Made by a program: the position numbers and the translations under genes. A model generated the notes under the pieces. That model had not been told where the DNA came from and made no database searches. It worked only from the letters and a program-made list of their open reading frames with translations. Positions 12,020 through 23,813 of a stretch of 64,000 nt of DNA are shown one piece after another. The DNA is from Octopus bimaculoides (lineage: Eukaryota), in NCBI RefSeq assembly GCF_001194135.2, contig NC_068990.1:63311684-63375683 (forward strand). The letters are read 5' to 3'. Every line of letters begins with the position of its first letter. Positions within the stretch are counted from its first letter, which is position 1.

Positions 12020-12193
12020 AGTATTATATATATATATGTGCATGTGTGTGTAATTGTATATATACAGGTGTATGTATGTATGTATGTATGGATGGATGGA
12101 TATCATTAAGAGGCAGGTAGCAGTTTCTATATAGTCGAATAGAGGCCAGTTGGGCATACTTGTGGTATCTGGAAACTTCCCTATTGCCATCGT
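10997..12193 (+). repeat. Direct duplication of about 300 bp (10997-11293 and about 11888-12193)
   Basis: cttggagccctagtaatccgttacagc...cctattgccatcgt occurs twice, with a few substitutions and different microsatellite lengths. Confidence 0.9.
11693..11748 (+). ncRNA. Degenerate type I hammerhead-ribozyme-like motif (Penelope pLTR type)
   Basis: Stem I gtct/agac; core CCGATGA (consensus CTGANGA); stem II ggaatatcc/ggatatccc; TAAAC (consensus GAAAC); palindromic stem III acagctgt; GTA cleavage triplet. Confidence 0.55.
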
Positions 12194-12194
12194 C

Positions 12195-13300
12195 CTGATT
12201 AGGTTTAATCAATGAACTTAATGGTATATCAGACTTGCTCAGGATTTGTACTGAGTGCCGCAAATCTAGATCTGAAGACTCAGAAATCAGCTTAGAGTTT
12301 AAACGCCTTGTGAAATATAGATTGCACTGGAATGCACTAGTAAAGCATTGAACAAATCGAAGTGGAACCTCGAGATCGTATTTGCATAGGAGAATTCATT
12401 TAGTGTATACAGAAAGTATTCGAAATAGCTTTCTAGATAGGTCGCATATTTGACATTACAGAGTCGATCTCTGCTGGACCTTTGTATAAGGATTCGGTTA
12501 ACAGAAGCTAATCAAAATGCTTCAATTATGTGAATCACAATAACTGAATTATTGAATTAATTAAACAAGAATTGGCCGGGGTTGTTATAGAAAAGTTAAA
12601 GGAGAATTTCAAAGAAAGAAACACAGTATAGAGAGTTCGTAAAGGAATTAACTTAAGCAACGCATATAACATAGAGATTTAAAGTCGAAGAACTCAACAG
12701 TCATTCGGACATCGACTCGGTGGTGAGAATCAGCAGTCAAGTTTGAGTGAATACTTACTGTTTGTGTTAGAGTGATTCGATATGTAAGAAAGAAAGAAAG
12801 AAAGAAAGAGTGATAGCCTGAGAATAACTCTATAGAATAATACGTAATAAGCAAAATGCTTTGGATCCTGAGTGAGTGCGAAGCTTTAATGTAATGTTTT
12901 TTAAAGTTAAATCTTACTGACTGTAAAATCTTTTAATAGTTAAGTATAGGCGATTCTGATTGTCTGTGCGATTGAGACGCTGACTAGCCCTTTCTTTAAT
13001 ACTTATGGGAACATTTCAGATTATTTGTTATGATCTTCACTATTGTACTACAAAATTGGGCAGACTGAGAGCATGTGTGGGATCATTTATGGAGAATTAC
13101 TACCAAGAGAGTTCAAACTATGACGGAACATAGATTCACTGGATACCGCTTTCCAGAGCATTCCCAAGTCGGTGATCAACAATAATTTCTCAACCTCTTA
13201 TGTTACTGTTCGTTGCTGCCGGGCTGGGAACAAGCTTTCCGACGGGCTGGTGTAGACAGTTGGTCGAGTTGTGTACAGAATATAGACGTAATGACGGTAT
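12195..13300 (+). mobile_element. Possible very decayed Penelope-like element (RT thumb plus GIY-YIG)
   Basis: Weak remnants: LINELNGISDLLRICTE, TSRSYLHRRIHLVYTESIRNSFLDRSHI (like SHSYL..SS.HP...K.SIPYSQFLR), and KIGQTES (GIY-YIG YIGQT). Confidence 0.35.
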
Positions 13301-14646
13301 CACCTTACAAACATTTTACGACCCTTGAGAGTCACTATCAGCAGAATTAAAAGAGCATTGCAAAATATATTGGAGAGTTCAAATTCTACCTAGGTAGTTT
13401 TACCTTTCATTCTTCCTGGGTCGATAAACTAGTACTTCACAATTTTTATCTAGTAAAACGATTAGGCTATGAATTTATCAAGTAAAACGATTTGGTTTCA
13501 CTAGATAAATTCATAGTCTCCCTCTGGTGTAGGAAATCATTCTACTTCGCCTCCTCCTCCACTTCTCCTCCATCACTTACCTCCTCCTCCATCTCCTCCT
13601 CCTCCTCCTCCTCCTCTTCCACCTCCTACTACTACTGCCGTCTTTATTATTATTATAATTCTATTTATATCCGTTCGCTCTTTCCCAAATGGGATCATAT
13701 TTCGATATCCAATTTCTCAAAAGGGTTATGAACCATCCCTTTTATCGGTGACAATATCAAAGTATGATTAATATATCTATCGATCAATTAGATACAAAGG
13801 TTTGATTGTTGCTCTCATCCTTCATAGTGTTGTGGACTGACACTTCCGGTTTGGTCATTAGGTTCACAGCCAGACATCATTCGCTTGGTTTCCGGGTCAA
13901 GCCACGGAATGCTTTTATATATAGAGTTGCAAAGTGTTGCACCGGGAATAGAAGTTTGAGACGCTGACTAGCCCTTTCTTTCTGATAATGAATAGCTAAC
14001 TTTATGTATCAGAAACAGAGCTAGGCTTCGTGAATGGCAGTAGGTGGGCATAGCGAAAACATGGCACAGTGTCAATGTTTACGAATGAAAACAACTATTT
14101 TTGAATAGAATTTCCATTTTTAATGGATGGGCAATACAAAAATGAAAGACACCATTGGGAAAGTTTGACTAGTGAGCGTTTGTGAATCATTCTGAAGGTC
14201 AAATATAGGATTTAAGTATCTCGAAAAACCACTATGTTCACTTGCTGTTCAGCTTTGTATTCTTCATCTATCGCTTTCGCACAATTTCTTTTATACAATT
14301 ATTTATAGAGCATATGTAAAAGTCGCACAGACACTTAAGTATAATTATGTATGTTTATATGCATACATTTGTATGTGTATATATATATATATATATNNNN
14401 NNNNNNNNNNNNNNNNNNNNNNNNNNNNNNNNNNNNNNNNNNNNNNNNNNNNNNNNNNNNNNNNNNNNNNNNNNNNNNNNNNNNNNNNNNNNNNNNNNNN
14501 NNNNNNNNNNNNNNNNNNNNNNNNNNNNNNNNNNNNNNNNNNNNNNNNNNNNNNNNNNNNNNNNNNNNNNNNNNNNNNNNNNNNNNNNNNNNNNNNNNNN
14601 NNNNNNNNNNNNNNNNNNNNNNTATATATATATATATACACATATA

Positions 14647-14757
14647 TACGAGAGGTGTATGAAAAGTCTTGAGCCTCCAAAAAAAAAGACATGGTACAAG
14701 ACTTCTGATGAAGGTACAAAATTTCAAGGCTCAAAACATTGCATACACCCCCGGATA
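14647..14757. mobile_element. Tiny mariner-type MITE
   Basis: Imperfect TIRs gagaggtgtatgaaaagtcttgagcct / aggctcaaaacattgcatacacccc, in a TA-rich context. Confidence 0.55.
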
Positions 14758-14904
14758 TAAACATAGATATATATATATATACATACATAAACACACACAC
14801 ACACCTACACGCACACATATATGTATATATATATATGTATATACATACAGAGAGAGAGAGAAAGAAAGAGAGAGAGAGAAATAGAGATATATACATACAT
14901 ATGT

Positions 14905-15115
14905 ACGTATATCTATATTTATTTCAGTCAATAGACTGCGGTCATGCTGAGGCACCGCATTGAAAAATGTTTAGCCGAACGAATCGACCCCAGTTATTTT
15001 TTGAAAAAGCCCAGTACTTATTCTATTGAATTTTTTGCCAAGCCGTTAAGTTACGGAGACATAAACACACTAACACCTGTCGTCAAGCGGTGGTAGACAC
15101 AAACATAGACACAAT
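14905..15115 (-). mobile_element. SINE family B, 3' half
   Basis: Matches 59400-59600 (tttcagtc...gactgcggccatgctg...gtacttattctat...gttaagttacgg). Confidence 0.8.
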
Positions 15116-16290
15116 GACACACGCACTCATTGATTACATACACAAACACACACACACACATATATATATATAGTATAGTTTCTTTGTTTATTGTAAGGGC
15201 ATGTTTTTATTCTTATTTCTTCTTAAATGAATTTTACAGCGCCGTTCTAACATAATTTCACCCATCTATATATATATATATATNNNNNNNNNNNNNNNNN
15301 NNNNNNNNNNNNNNNNNNNNNNNNNNNNNNNNNNNNNNNNNNNNNNNNNNNNNNNNNNNNNNNNNNNNNNNNNNNNNNNNNNNNNNNNNNNNNNNNNNNN
15401 NNNNNNNNNNNNNNNNNNNNNNNNNNNNNNNNNNNNNNNNNNNNNNNNNNNNNNNNNNNNNNNNNNNNNNNNNNNNNNNNNNNNNNNNNNNNNNNNNNNN
15501 NNNNNNNNNNNNNNNNNNNNNNNNNNNNNNNNNNNNNNNNNNNNNNNNNNNNNNNNNNNNNNNNNNNNNNNNNNNNNNNNNNNNNNNNNNNNNNNNNNNN
15601 NNNNNNNNNNNNNNNNNNNNNNNNNNNNNNNNNNNNNNNNNNNNNNNNNNNNNNNNNNNNNNNNNNNNNNNNNNNNNNNNNNNNNNNNNNNNNNNNNNNN
15701 NNNNNNNNNNNNNNNNNNNNNNNNNNNNNNNNNNNNNNNNNNNNNNNNNNNNNNNNNNNNNNNNNNNNNNNNNNNNNNNNNNNNNNNNNNNNNNNNNNNN
15801 NNNNNNNNNNNNNNNNNNNNNNNNNNNNNNNNNNNNNNNNNNNNNNNNNNNNNNNNNNNNNNNNNNNNNNNNNNNNNNNNNNNNNNNNNNNNNNNNNNNN
15901 NNNNNNNNNNNNNNNNNNNNNNNNNNNNNNNNNNNNNNNNNNNNNNNNNNNNNNNNNNNNNNNNNNNNNNNNNNNNNNNNNNNNNNNNNNNNNNNNNNNN
16001 NNNNNNNNNNNNNNNNNNNNNNNNNNNNNNNNNNNNNNNNNNNNNNNNNNNNNNNNNNNNNNNNNNNNNNNNNNNNNNNNNNNNNNNNNNNNNNNNNNNN
16101 NNNNNNNNNNNNNNNNNNNNNNNNNNNNNNNNNNNNNNNNNNNNNNNNNNNNNNNNNNNNNNNNNNNNNNNNNNNNNNNNNNNNNNNNNNNNNNNNNNNN
16201 NNNNNNNNAAATTCTTTTATATGTTTCACCTTTAAATTTGCGGTCATCTGAGGCAAAAGCTATAGGAGCTACAAGGACAGAAGTGGAAGC

Positions 16291-16374
16291 ATTTGCAAAT
16301 TTTACCAGCCAGGATGCTGCTGGTACGGTGATGATGGTGCACAATGTCGCTTTGCACATTGGAAGCTCTGCTAA
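16291..16374 (+). pseudogene. CCCH-type zinc-finger coding remnant (possibly LINE ORF1)
   Basis: ICKFYQPGCCWYGDDGAQCRFAHWKLC* has C-x7-C-x8-C-x3-H spacing; stops lie upstream and immediately downstream. Confidence 0.45.
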
Positions 16375-16469
16375 AACCGCATGGGCACAAGACAAAACTC
16401 CCTTCCCCGAGGAAAACAAAAGGATAAGCACGAAAGAAGAAATAATGGTGCACTATATATATATATATA

Positions 16470-16617
16470 CGCCGAGCTTCTTCCAGTTTCCGTCTATAAA
16501 TCCACTCTTTCGCCGACCCGAGACAACAGTAGAAGACAGGTACCCAAGGTGCCACGCAGTGGAACTGAACCCAGAATCACGTGGTTGGGAAGCAAGCTTC
16601 TTACCGCACAACCACTA
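16470..16617 (-). mobile_element. SINE family B, tRNA-like 5' half
   Basis: Homologous to 59671-59830 and 61553-61712. Confidence 0.85.
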
Positions 16618-17451
16618 TGTGTGTGTGTGTCCGTGCGTATGTGTGTGTGTGTGTGTGTGTGCGCGCGTATGTATGTATGTAATGTTAAATGCATCGACAC
16701 AAATGTACAGAAGAGAGTATAAAAGCAGATAACAGGAAGTCAAGAGAATCCAGAAAATACGCGTGCATATGTGTGTGTGTGCGTATTAGTTTGATTTTGC
16801 ATATATGTTCACATCTTTATTACCTTGCACATGATCATTGGCAATATTTTTTTTTGTTTAATCCTCTATATCTGGTAGATAATTCACTAAGTGCATTACA
16901 TATTGTTATCATAAGCATCTTACATTCCTCTTATTTTTATCAATGTCTTTTATTTTGAAAACTTGCGTAGATTATTTTCAAAGTGAATGGATATTATCTT
17001 GCAAATATACATTATTCAGTTAATTAATTAATTACTATTTACCTCTTAATTAATTACCTATTTACAAAGCTACAATATAAATCTGTATTTGAAGAAAGAA
17101 GTTCGCTAAAGAGCGAGTTAATATGACAATTGTGTTCACTGATAATATCATGTTGTGTAAGGATGAAATAGTGAAACAATTTAAAACCACCTCTGGAAAA
17201 TCGACCGAAAACCTATGAAAGATTGCTGTTAATTATATTAATTCAATTCATTTTATTGTCATTGTAGTCGTTTACAGGTAGAGCACAAAGGATGGTGCAC
17301 ATTTTATGTATGACAATCTTGTCTTTAATTCTTAAGGTTAAGCCCAAGCTATCGGGAATCTGTTCGAGTAAATTTCTTGGCCGTAATTTAGGCATACAAC
17401 TCATTTTCAAAGTCACATTCATATTTATATTAAGCTGCGCTGCATACATAT

Positions 17452-17654
17452 TGGTTTCAAATTTTGGCACAAAGCCAGCAAGTTCGGGGGAGGTGGTAAG
17501 TCGATTAAATGAACTCCAGTCCTCATTTGGTACTTAATTTATCGTCCCGAATGGATGAAAGACAAAGTCGACCTCGGGGGAATTTGAACTCAGAACGAAA
17601 TGCCGCTAAGCCTTTTAGCCGGCGTGTAAACGATTCTGCCAGCTCGCCGCCTTA
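17452..17654 (-). mobile_element. SINE family A copy
   Basis: Head aaggcggcgagctggcagaatcg; tail ctttgtgccaaaatttgaaacc. Confidence 0.85.
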
Positions 17655-19889
17655 CACTGTATGTATATTAAGCTTTTATTATTTTAGTTTTATTAGAACA
17701 GAGATCTCATTTACCATTTAAAATTGACCGACAACGGAATGGGATGTAGTTATTTCACCAAGCTTATAATATCATTTAGAAACCTGACACCGAAATTGAA
17801 TTTATGAAACTAGTAATACAGTTTCGTCTCTGGTTAGTTAGATGTCTAATCAGGGATTGACTATATCTATAAACTGCAATAAGAAGATAAAATGCATTTT
17901 GAAATTTTATTTAATGAAATACTAGATAAATGTTGAATGTTAATACAACTTAAATACATTTCATTTCCGATTCGATAAGTTGTCTGTAAATGAGACATTA
18001 GATCTTGAACTCCTGAAATCGGTATACATTCGGATCCTTTTGCATTAAGCTACTCATATGACTTTGCATGTTTGAGAGCGTTGCTTTTTTTTTTTAATGT
18101 TTGCCACACATTAACACCTTTGCACTCGCTATACATGGTATAATCTTCTCCATTTGCAGCTTGATGTTGTAAATTGTTATAGATTCTGTTATATTCAGGT
18201 ATGATAGCATTCCAGTTTTCACCTCTTTTCTGGATTCAATGTGAGTGTTACGTGTTTCGTTTTCACAATTTGGCAAGATCGTTTCTCTATTAAGACTGAG
18301 AGACGTCTTCTCGAATAGATGGATTATATAAGCAGAGGTTAAGACTATTTGCCAACATAATTTGGCTGCTCTGGAAGGGACGATTGTTACTGCACTTTAG
18401 CCCCAGGAAACATCGTTTCCAGCTGGCTATACGACACAATATCTGTGTCCTTATATTTTCAAATAGGAAGTCCAGCACCCCCAACCAGCACAAAACAACA
18501 ACTGTGGACCGGTTTCTGGGTTATTCTCTTTATCAGTACAGTGTAGCTGCTTGACTAGGTGGCGCTGCTGAATTCCTGTTAGAAAATGTATAGTTTTCAA
18601 AGTGACACACAATCACTAATCTAATAAATAGAAACATTATTATTTCTAAATCTCTCAAAGAGAGATATTCAGTAACCGTTCTTCAAAGTAAATACTATTT
18701 ACCAATATAAACAAAGGTTCTTTATAACTTAAATGTAAACAATGACGAAATAGTTTCGATGTTCACGATGAAACACAGCGGAGCACAAAAAAGGGCAGGA
18801 CAATCAAGTCTGTCGAGCTATAGGATAACTTATTTATAGAATTGTATTGCAAACAATATTTTATGAAATGTCAATTTTTCATTCAATCAGAGTTCTAGAA
18901 AACTGAGGGTAATGTTATTTAAATTTGCGTAACTATAGTATTACTCAACTTGCTACACAGTGTAGGTATCTCAAGGCAAATGGTGTCTCTGTTTCCTTCT
19001 TAAACAATTCCTCTATATTAATTAAAGCGTATCTTTCTATTTCCTGTCTTAAATGAAAATAATACGTCATCTAGTCACTAAGTTTGTTTCCGTTAGAGTA
19101 AATGAAGTGGCTTCTATATTGGAATATTACCATTGCCTTTAATGAAGTGAACAAACCTGCAGAACGGCTGGGAAAACTTCATTATAAAATTAGAAAAAAA
19201 TATATAGAAATAGAAATATTTTGCTGTTTTTATGACTTTTTGTCATAAATTTAATGAGAAAAATCCAAAGAACAACTTTTCATGTCTAGCCTTTAATGTG
19301 TAGCTGTATTTTCATTTGGTTCAAAAGGAAGAACTGTCTGCATAAACACGTCTAATTAATGGATGTCATGCTGTCAAATACAGTTAAATTGGTGCATTGA
19401 TGGAGACAGAAGAGTGCAACATACCTGGCCACTCCTCAGATACGTTGGAATTTCAAGCGGTTGTCAATACTTCCTTTTAGTAATCAGTTGTCACTTCCTC
19501 TCTGACAACCGGAAGTGCTTTTAACAATATAACCGTTACTTTACTGACAGCATAACAAACGTCTTGGGTTCACTAGTATGTAGAAATACCGAATTTAAAC
19601 CTGAAAACTCGAGCTCAATCTCACCTTCAAACAAAATCTAGTCATATTTCTAATTATCATAAAATTCTTAAAAGTTGGTTATAAAGTAATGCAATAAGTT
19701 ATTCAATTATGACTGCAAATGTACGCAGTTTAAAGTAATTATATCATATTCATGTATTCTACATTTTATATAGTATTCAAGGTATTTATTAATTAAGTTG
19801 ATACTTTGCTATAGTGGAGTATGGTAATATTTAACAAATGCCTTAATAGTAGAATCTATAACATAATTTTGGTACTTTTCACACGTCAT

Positions 19890-20620
19890 CTTAGCTCCGG
19901 AAGCACATGAGGCACAGTAACGACCTTTCTGAGCCTTTCTGTATTGACAACGGTGTGAAGCAAGGCTGCGTCTTCGAATCGACCCTTTTCATCATTATTT
20001 CCAGTATGATACTCCAGCATGTCACTGAAGATCGTAATGATCAAAATGGCATCTACATTCGGTACCGTTCTGATGGCTACTTCTACCTGGGCTCGAGCAA
20101 GCTCACACCAAAACAAGTCTTCTATGAGTTACTTTTGGGCAGAAGAACGTTGCGCTTGTAGCCAACTCGGACGCAGCTATGCAACGCTTCTCCTGCTTCG
20201 CAATAAAGAAAATGTACGAGGACTCTCTTGTGTGTGNNNNNNNNNNNNNNNNNNNNNNNNNGGGGGGGGGGAGTTGTGTGTGTATTGCACTCTTCTGTCT
20301 CCACCAAACCCTTGTTTTCTACCACATTGTTCACCACCAGTGGTCTGTTGTTACCGCTGAAAATGAAGTCTGGTGTCTCACTGTCCACCAAGGAACAGCC
20401 TCTTGAAAATGCTCGCAAGATTCTTTTTGCAGACAAGAGAGAGAGGAGGAGAAACAGAAAGACTGCAACCATCCATAATCAGCTCACCTTTCCATGTAGC
20501 CCCTGCGCTCAAGCTTATTTGTCTCGAATCGGACTCGTCAGGAATCAGCAAGCCTACAGCTGACGTGCACCTCCGTAAATCTTCGCTCGCGAGGCCAGGG
20601 CAGGCCATGGTGATGACTTA
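19890..20620 (+). mobile_element. RTE-BovB-like LINE fragment (RT core joined to C-terminal Cys motif and 3' UTR)
   Basis: LSEPFCIDNGVKQGCVFESTLFIIISSMILQHVTED...GIYIRYRSDG and FPCSPCAQAYLSRIGLVRNQQAYS* are RTE-BovB ORF2 blocks; ends cttcgctcgcgaggccagg. Confidence 0.85.
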
Positions 20621-21389
20621 AGCCTGCATCGAAATAAAAGACAATATATTTAACACATAACGTTCATATTGTCCGTAAGACAATTCAATGCAAAACAGAT
20701 ATTCTAAATTAAATGTGGCACGTTCGTGCGCACACACACATACACACATAGTTGATTATATTATTGGGCATTTCCTGTAACTGATGTCAAGAGATTTTTC
20801 AATTATTATAAAGATATATATGTTTATATATTAGATATTTTATATTATATTATATTATGCATGTATATAGTACGTATGTATGTATGTATGTATGTATGTA
20901 TGTATGTATGTATGTATGTCATTCTTCAGTTTTATTTCAAGATTTCTTGCCTATAGAGAAAGAAACGGTTCGTGGCATAGATCCAAGGCTCCTTCATTGG
21001 AATTTCAACATCAAAAACAGGGTAATTTTGTATGTATGTATGTATGTATGTATGTATGTATGTGCGTGCAGGTTTGTATGTTTTATATATGTATTTACGT
21101 ATGTAGACATTTTAGTTTTATGTATGCATTTACGTATCTACACATAGGTATTCAAATGATAAACTTCTGGTAAGTTTTACAAATTTTTACAGTTTCAGTG
21201 ATGGATTAGATCTGTAGCCTTCGAATTAGCTTTCTTCTTTCTAGTTTTGAGAAGCCTAATTTCTCAATATTGGTATTTAGGCAGTATGTTACATATCTCA
21301 GGGACCCACTAATTACAGGTATCTACCTATCTATTTATCTCACTACATATATTTATCTATCGATCCATCTACCTACCTAGCAACCTATC

Positions 21390-21436
<47 letters not shown>

Positions 21437-21685
21437 GTGTATACAGCCCTAGTATATCTTCGGAGTCAACAGCTCACTACATCCCAGTCTGGTTTGTCTA
21501 CGGTGGCTGAATGTACCAGTCAGTCATGTGCACAATTCATTGATTTAAAAATAAGAATTATATAGTAAAACTTATTGCATGTTGAGAATGGCCGAAACGT
21601 TACAAATGTAGTTATACCGAACAAGCGAAAAAAAAACCCCGAAAAACTATAACAAACAGGTGGACAACGTCTTCGCTTTCACTCC

Positions 21686-22060
21686 ATACGGTGTATACTC
21701 GAGTAAGAGTTGAATATTTTTAGTCTCTTCCTTAGTACTAAGCCATACCGTCTTGTGAACCCAGTGTATAGTCCAGAACTTGCTTTATAATCCAAAATTC
21801 AGTCCTTCTTTGCTTCCTTCTGTGCTTGTCTTCGGACGACTACACCAGCAAGATTGCCTTTAGTTTGATTTTCAAGACTCTACTCAACCATATTTTTTCT
21901 CAAATAGTGGAGACTTGTTTTATTTGCTTCTGTTAACTCATTTCTTTTGACATTGTCTGGCGTTCGCTTGACATATTTCTCCAGTCTTATATCGTTTCCT
22001 TTTTTCTGAAACAGATCATTTTCAAGTTGCAATAAAGCTGCTGTAAATTTGTGTGTGCTT
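21686..22060 (-). mobile_element. pogo/Tigger-type DNA transposon deletion derivative
   Basis: MVE*SLENQTKG...YKASSGLYTGFTRRYGLVLRKR resembles the CENPB-type HTH (W.LEQR..G...FKAS.GW..RFMRRHGLVLR); next to TIR-like actcgagtatacaccgta. Confidence 0.7.
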
Positions 22061-22529
22061 GGCGTGAGGGTTTTCGATGGTACTTTTACACAAAATTATG
22101 GCGAAATTGTAAAACTACATCTGTACGATTGTATTCCTCTAGTGCTGAAACTAAAGTCAGCTACGCTTTAAAAAACAAACACGTTATGATCTGACTTTGC
22201 TTGTTCGATTATGAACTATTATGAAGCTGTGATTCGAAGTTTGTGTGAATTATACATGAATACACATTATAGGCTAACACGAGAAAAATTTCCTTTCCAT
22301 GTAGAAATGTTTATGGATGAGATAAATCCTTGATTCGCAAATATCGATCGGTTATCTTTAAACAACCAACATCAGCTTTTAAACGCGGTGAATGGAAATT
22401 TATTTTTACAGGGGATCGACTTTTTCGCGAGTTAAGATTGGTAAAATTGTTTAAAGAGTTTACTATAAATCTTATTGTTTCATCAACATTATACTAATTT
22501 TAATAACATTTTCACTATAGACAGAGGTG

Positions 22530-22591
<62 letters not shown>

Positions 22592-23611
22592 NNNNNNNNN
22601 NNNNNNNNNNNNNNNNNNNNNNNNNNNNNNNNNNNNNNNNNNNNNNNNNNNNNNNNNNNNNNNNNNNNNNNNNNNNNNNNNNNNNNNNNNNNNNNNNNNN
22701 NNNNNNNNNNNNNNNNNNNNNNNNNNNNNNNNNNNNNNNNNNNNNNNNNNNNNNNNNNNNNNNNNNNNNNNNNNNNNNNNNNNNNNNNNNNNNNNNNNNN
22801 NNNNNNNNNNNNNNNNNNNNNNNNNNNNNNNNNNNNNNNNNNNNNNNNNNNNNNNNNNNNNNNNNNNNNNNNNNNNNNNNNNNNNNNNNNNNNNNNNNNN
22901 NNNNNNNNNNNNNNNNNNNNNNNNNNNNNNNNNNNNNNNNNNNNNNNNNNNNNNNNNNNNNNNNNNNNNNNNNNNNNNNNNNNNNNNNNNNNNNNNNNNN
23001 NNNNNNNNNNNNNNNNNNNNNNNNNNNNNNNNNNNNNNNNNNNNNNNNNNNNNNNNNNNNNNNNNNNNNNNNNNNNNNNNNNNNNNNNNNNNNNNNNNNN
23101 NNNNNNNNNNNNNNNNNNNNNNNNNNNNNNNNNNNNNNNNNNNNNNNNNAAAGTCTTTAACGTTTCGAGCCTACACTTCTCCACAGAAAGGAACACAGAA
23201 AGAAACAGGTAGAGAAAATAAAGAATGTGTAGCGGCTAACGATTATATATATATATATATAAATATATATACACACACACAATCATTTTCTGATGGCAAT
23301 TACATGTATTCCTTACAAGAGGAAGTCATACTTTTTGACATAAAGATAAAAATAATAGATAACTATTTAAAATGCAGGAAGGATTGTTAGTATATAACAT
23401 AAGGTATTGTTTTCATACAAACTTTTAAGTAACGAATCAAATGGTCCATAAAAAATACAATTGTAAAGGCAGTCATGTATTTCACTATTCATTATAATCT
23501 TCCAACAATTTTATAGTTTTCAAAATAACTGTGAAATGTATACAACTACTACTAGTTCTACTATAAAAAAAAAGAATATATATTTCAACAGGCTGTACAG
23601 TATAAATATTG

Positions 23612-23813
23612 CTTTCAAATTTTGGCACAAGGCCAGCAGGCTCGAGGTAGGGGACTAGTTGATTACATCGACCCCAGTGTTCAACTGATACTTACTTTAT
23701 CCACCTCAACCTCAGACGGATGAAAGGCAAGGTCGACCTCAGTGGAATGCGAACTGAGAACGTAAAGCTAAGCATTTTGAATGACGTGCTAACGACTCTA
23801 CCAGCTCATCACT
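23612..23813 (-). mobile_element. SINE family A copy
   Basis: ggatgaaaggcaaggtcgacctc core and tttcaaattttggcacaaggcc tail. Confidence 0.8.

Noticed and set aside
15247-16431. Long ORFs such as 394 aa here, 287 aa at 22527 and 321 aa at 27075
   Set aside because: They are open only because they cross N-runs; flanks translate microsatellites (YIYI, CVCV, THTH)
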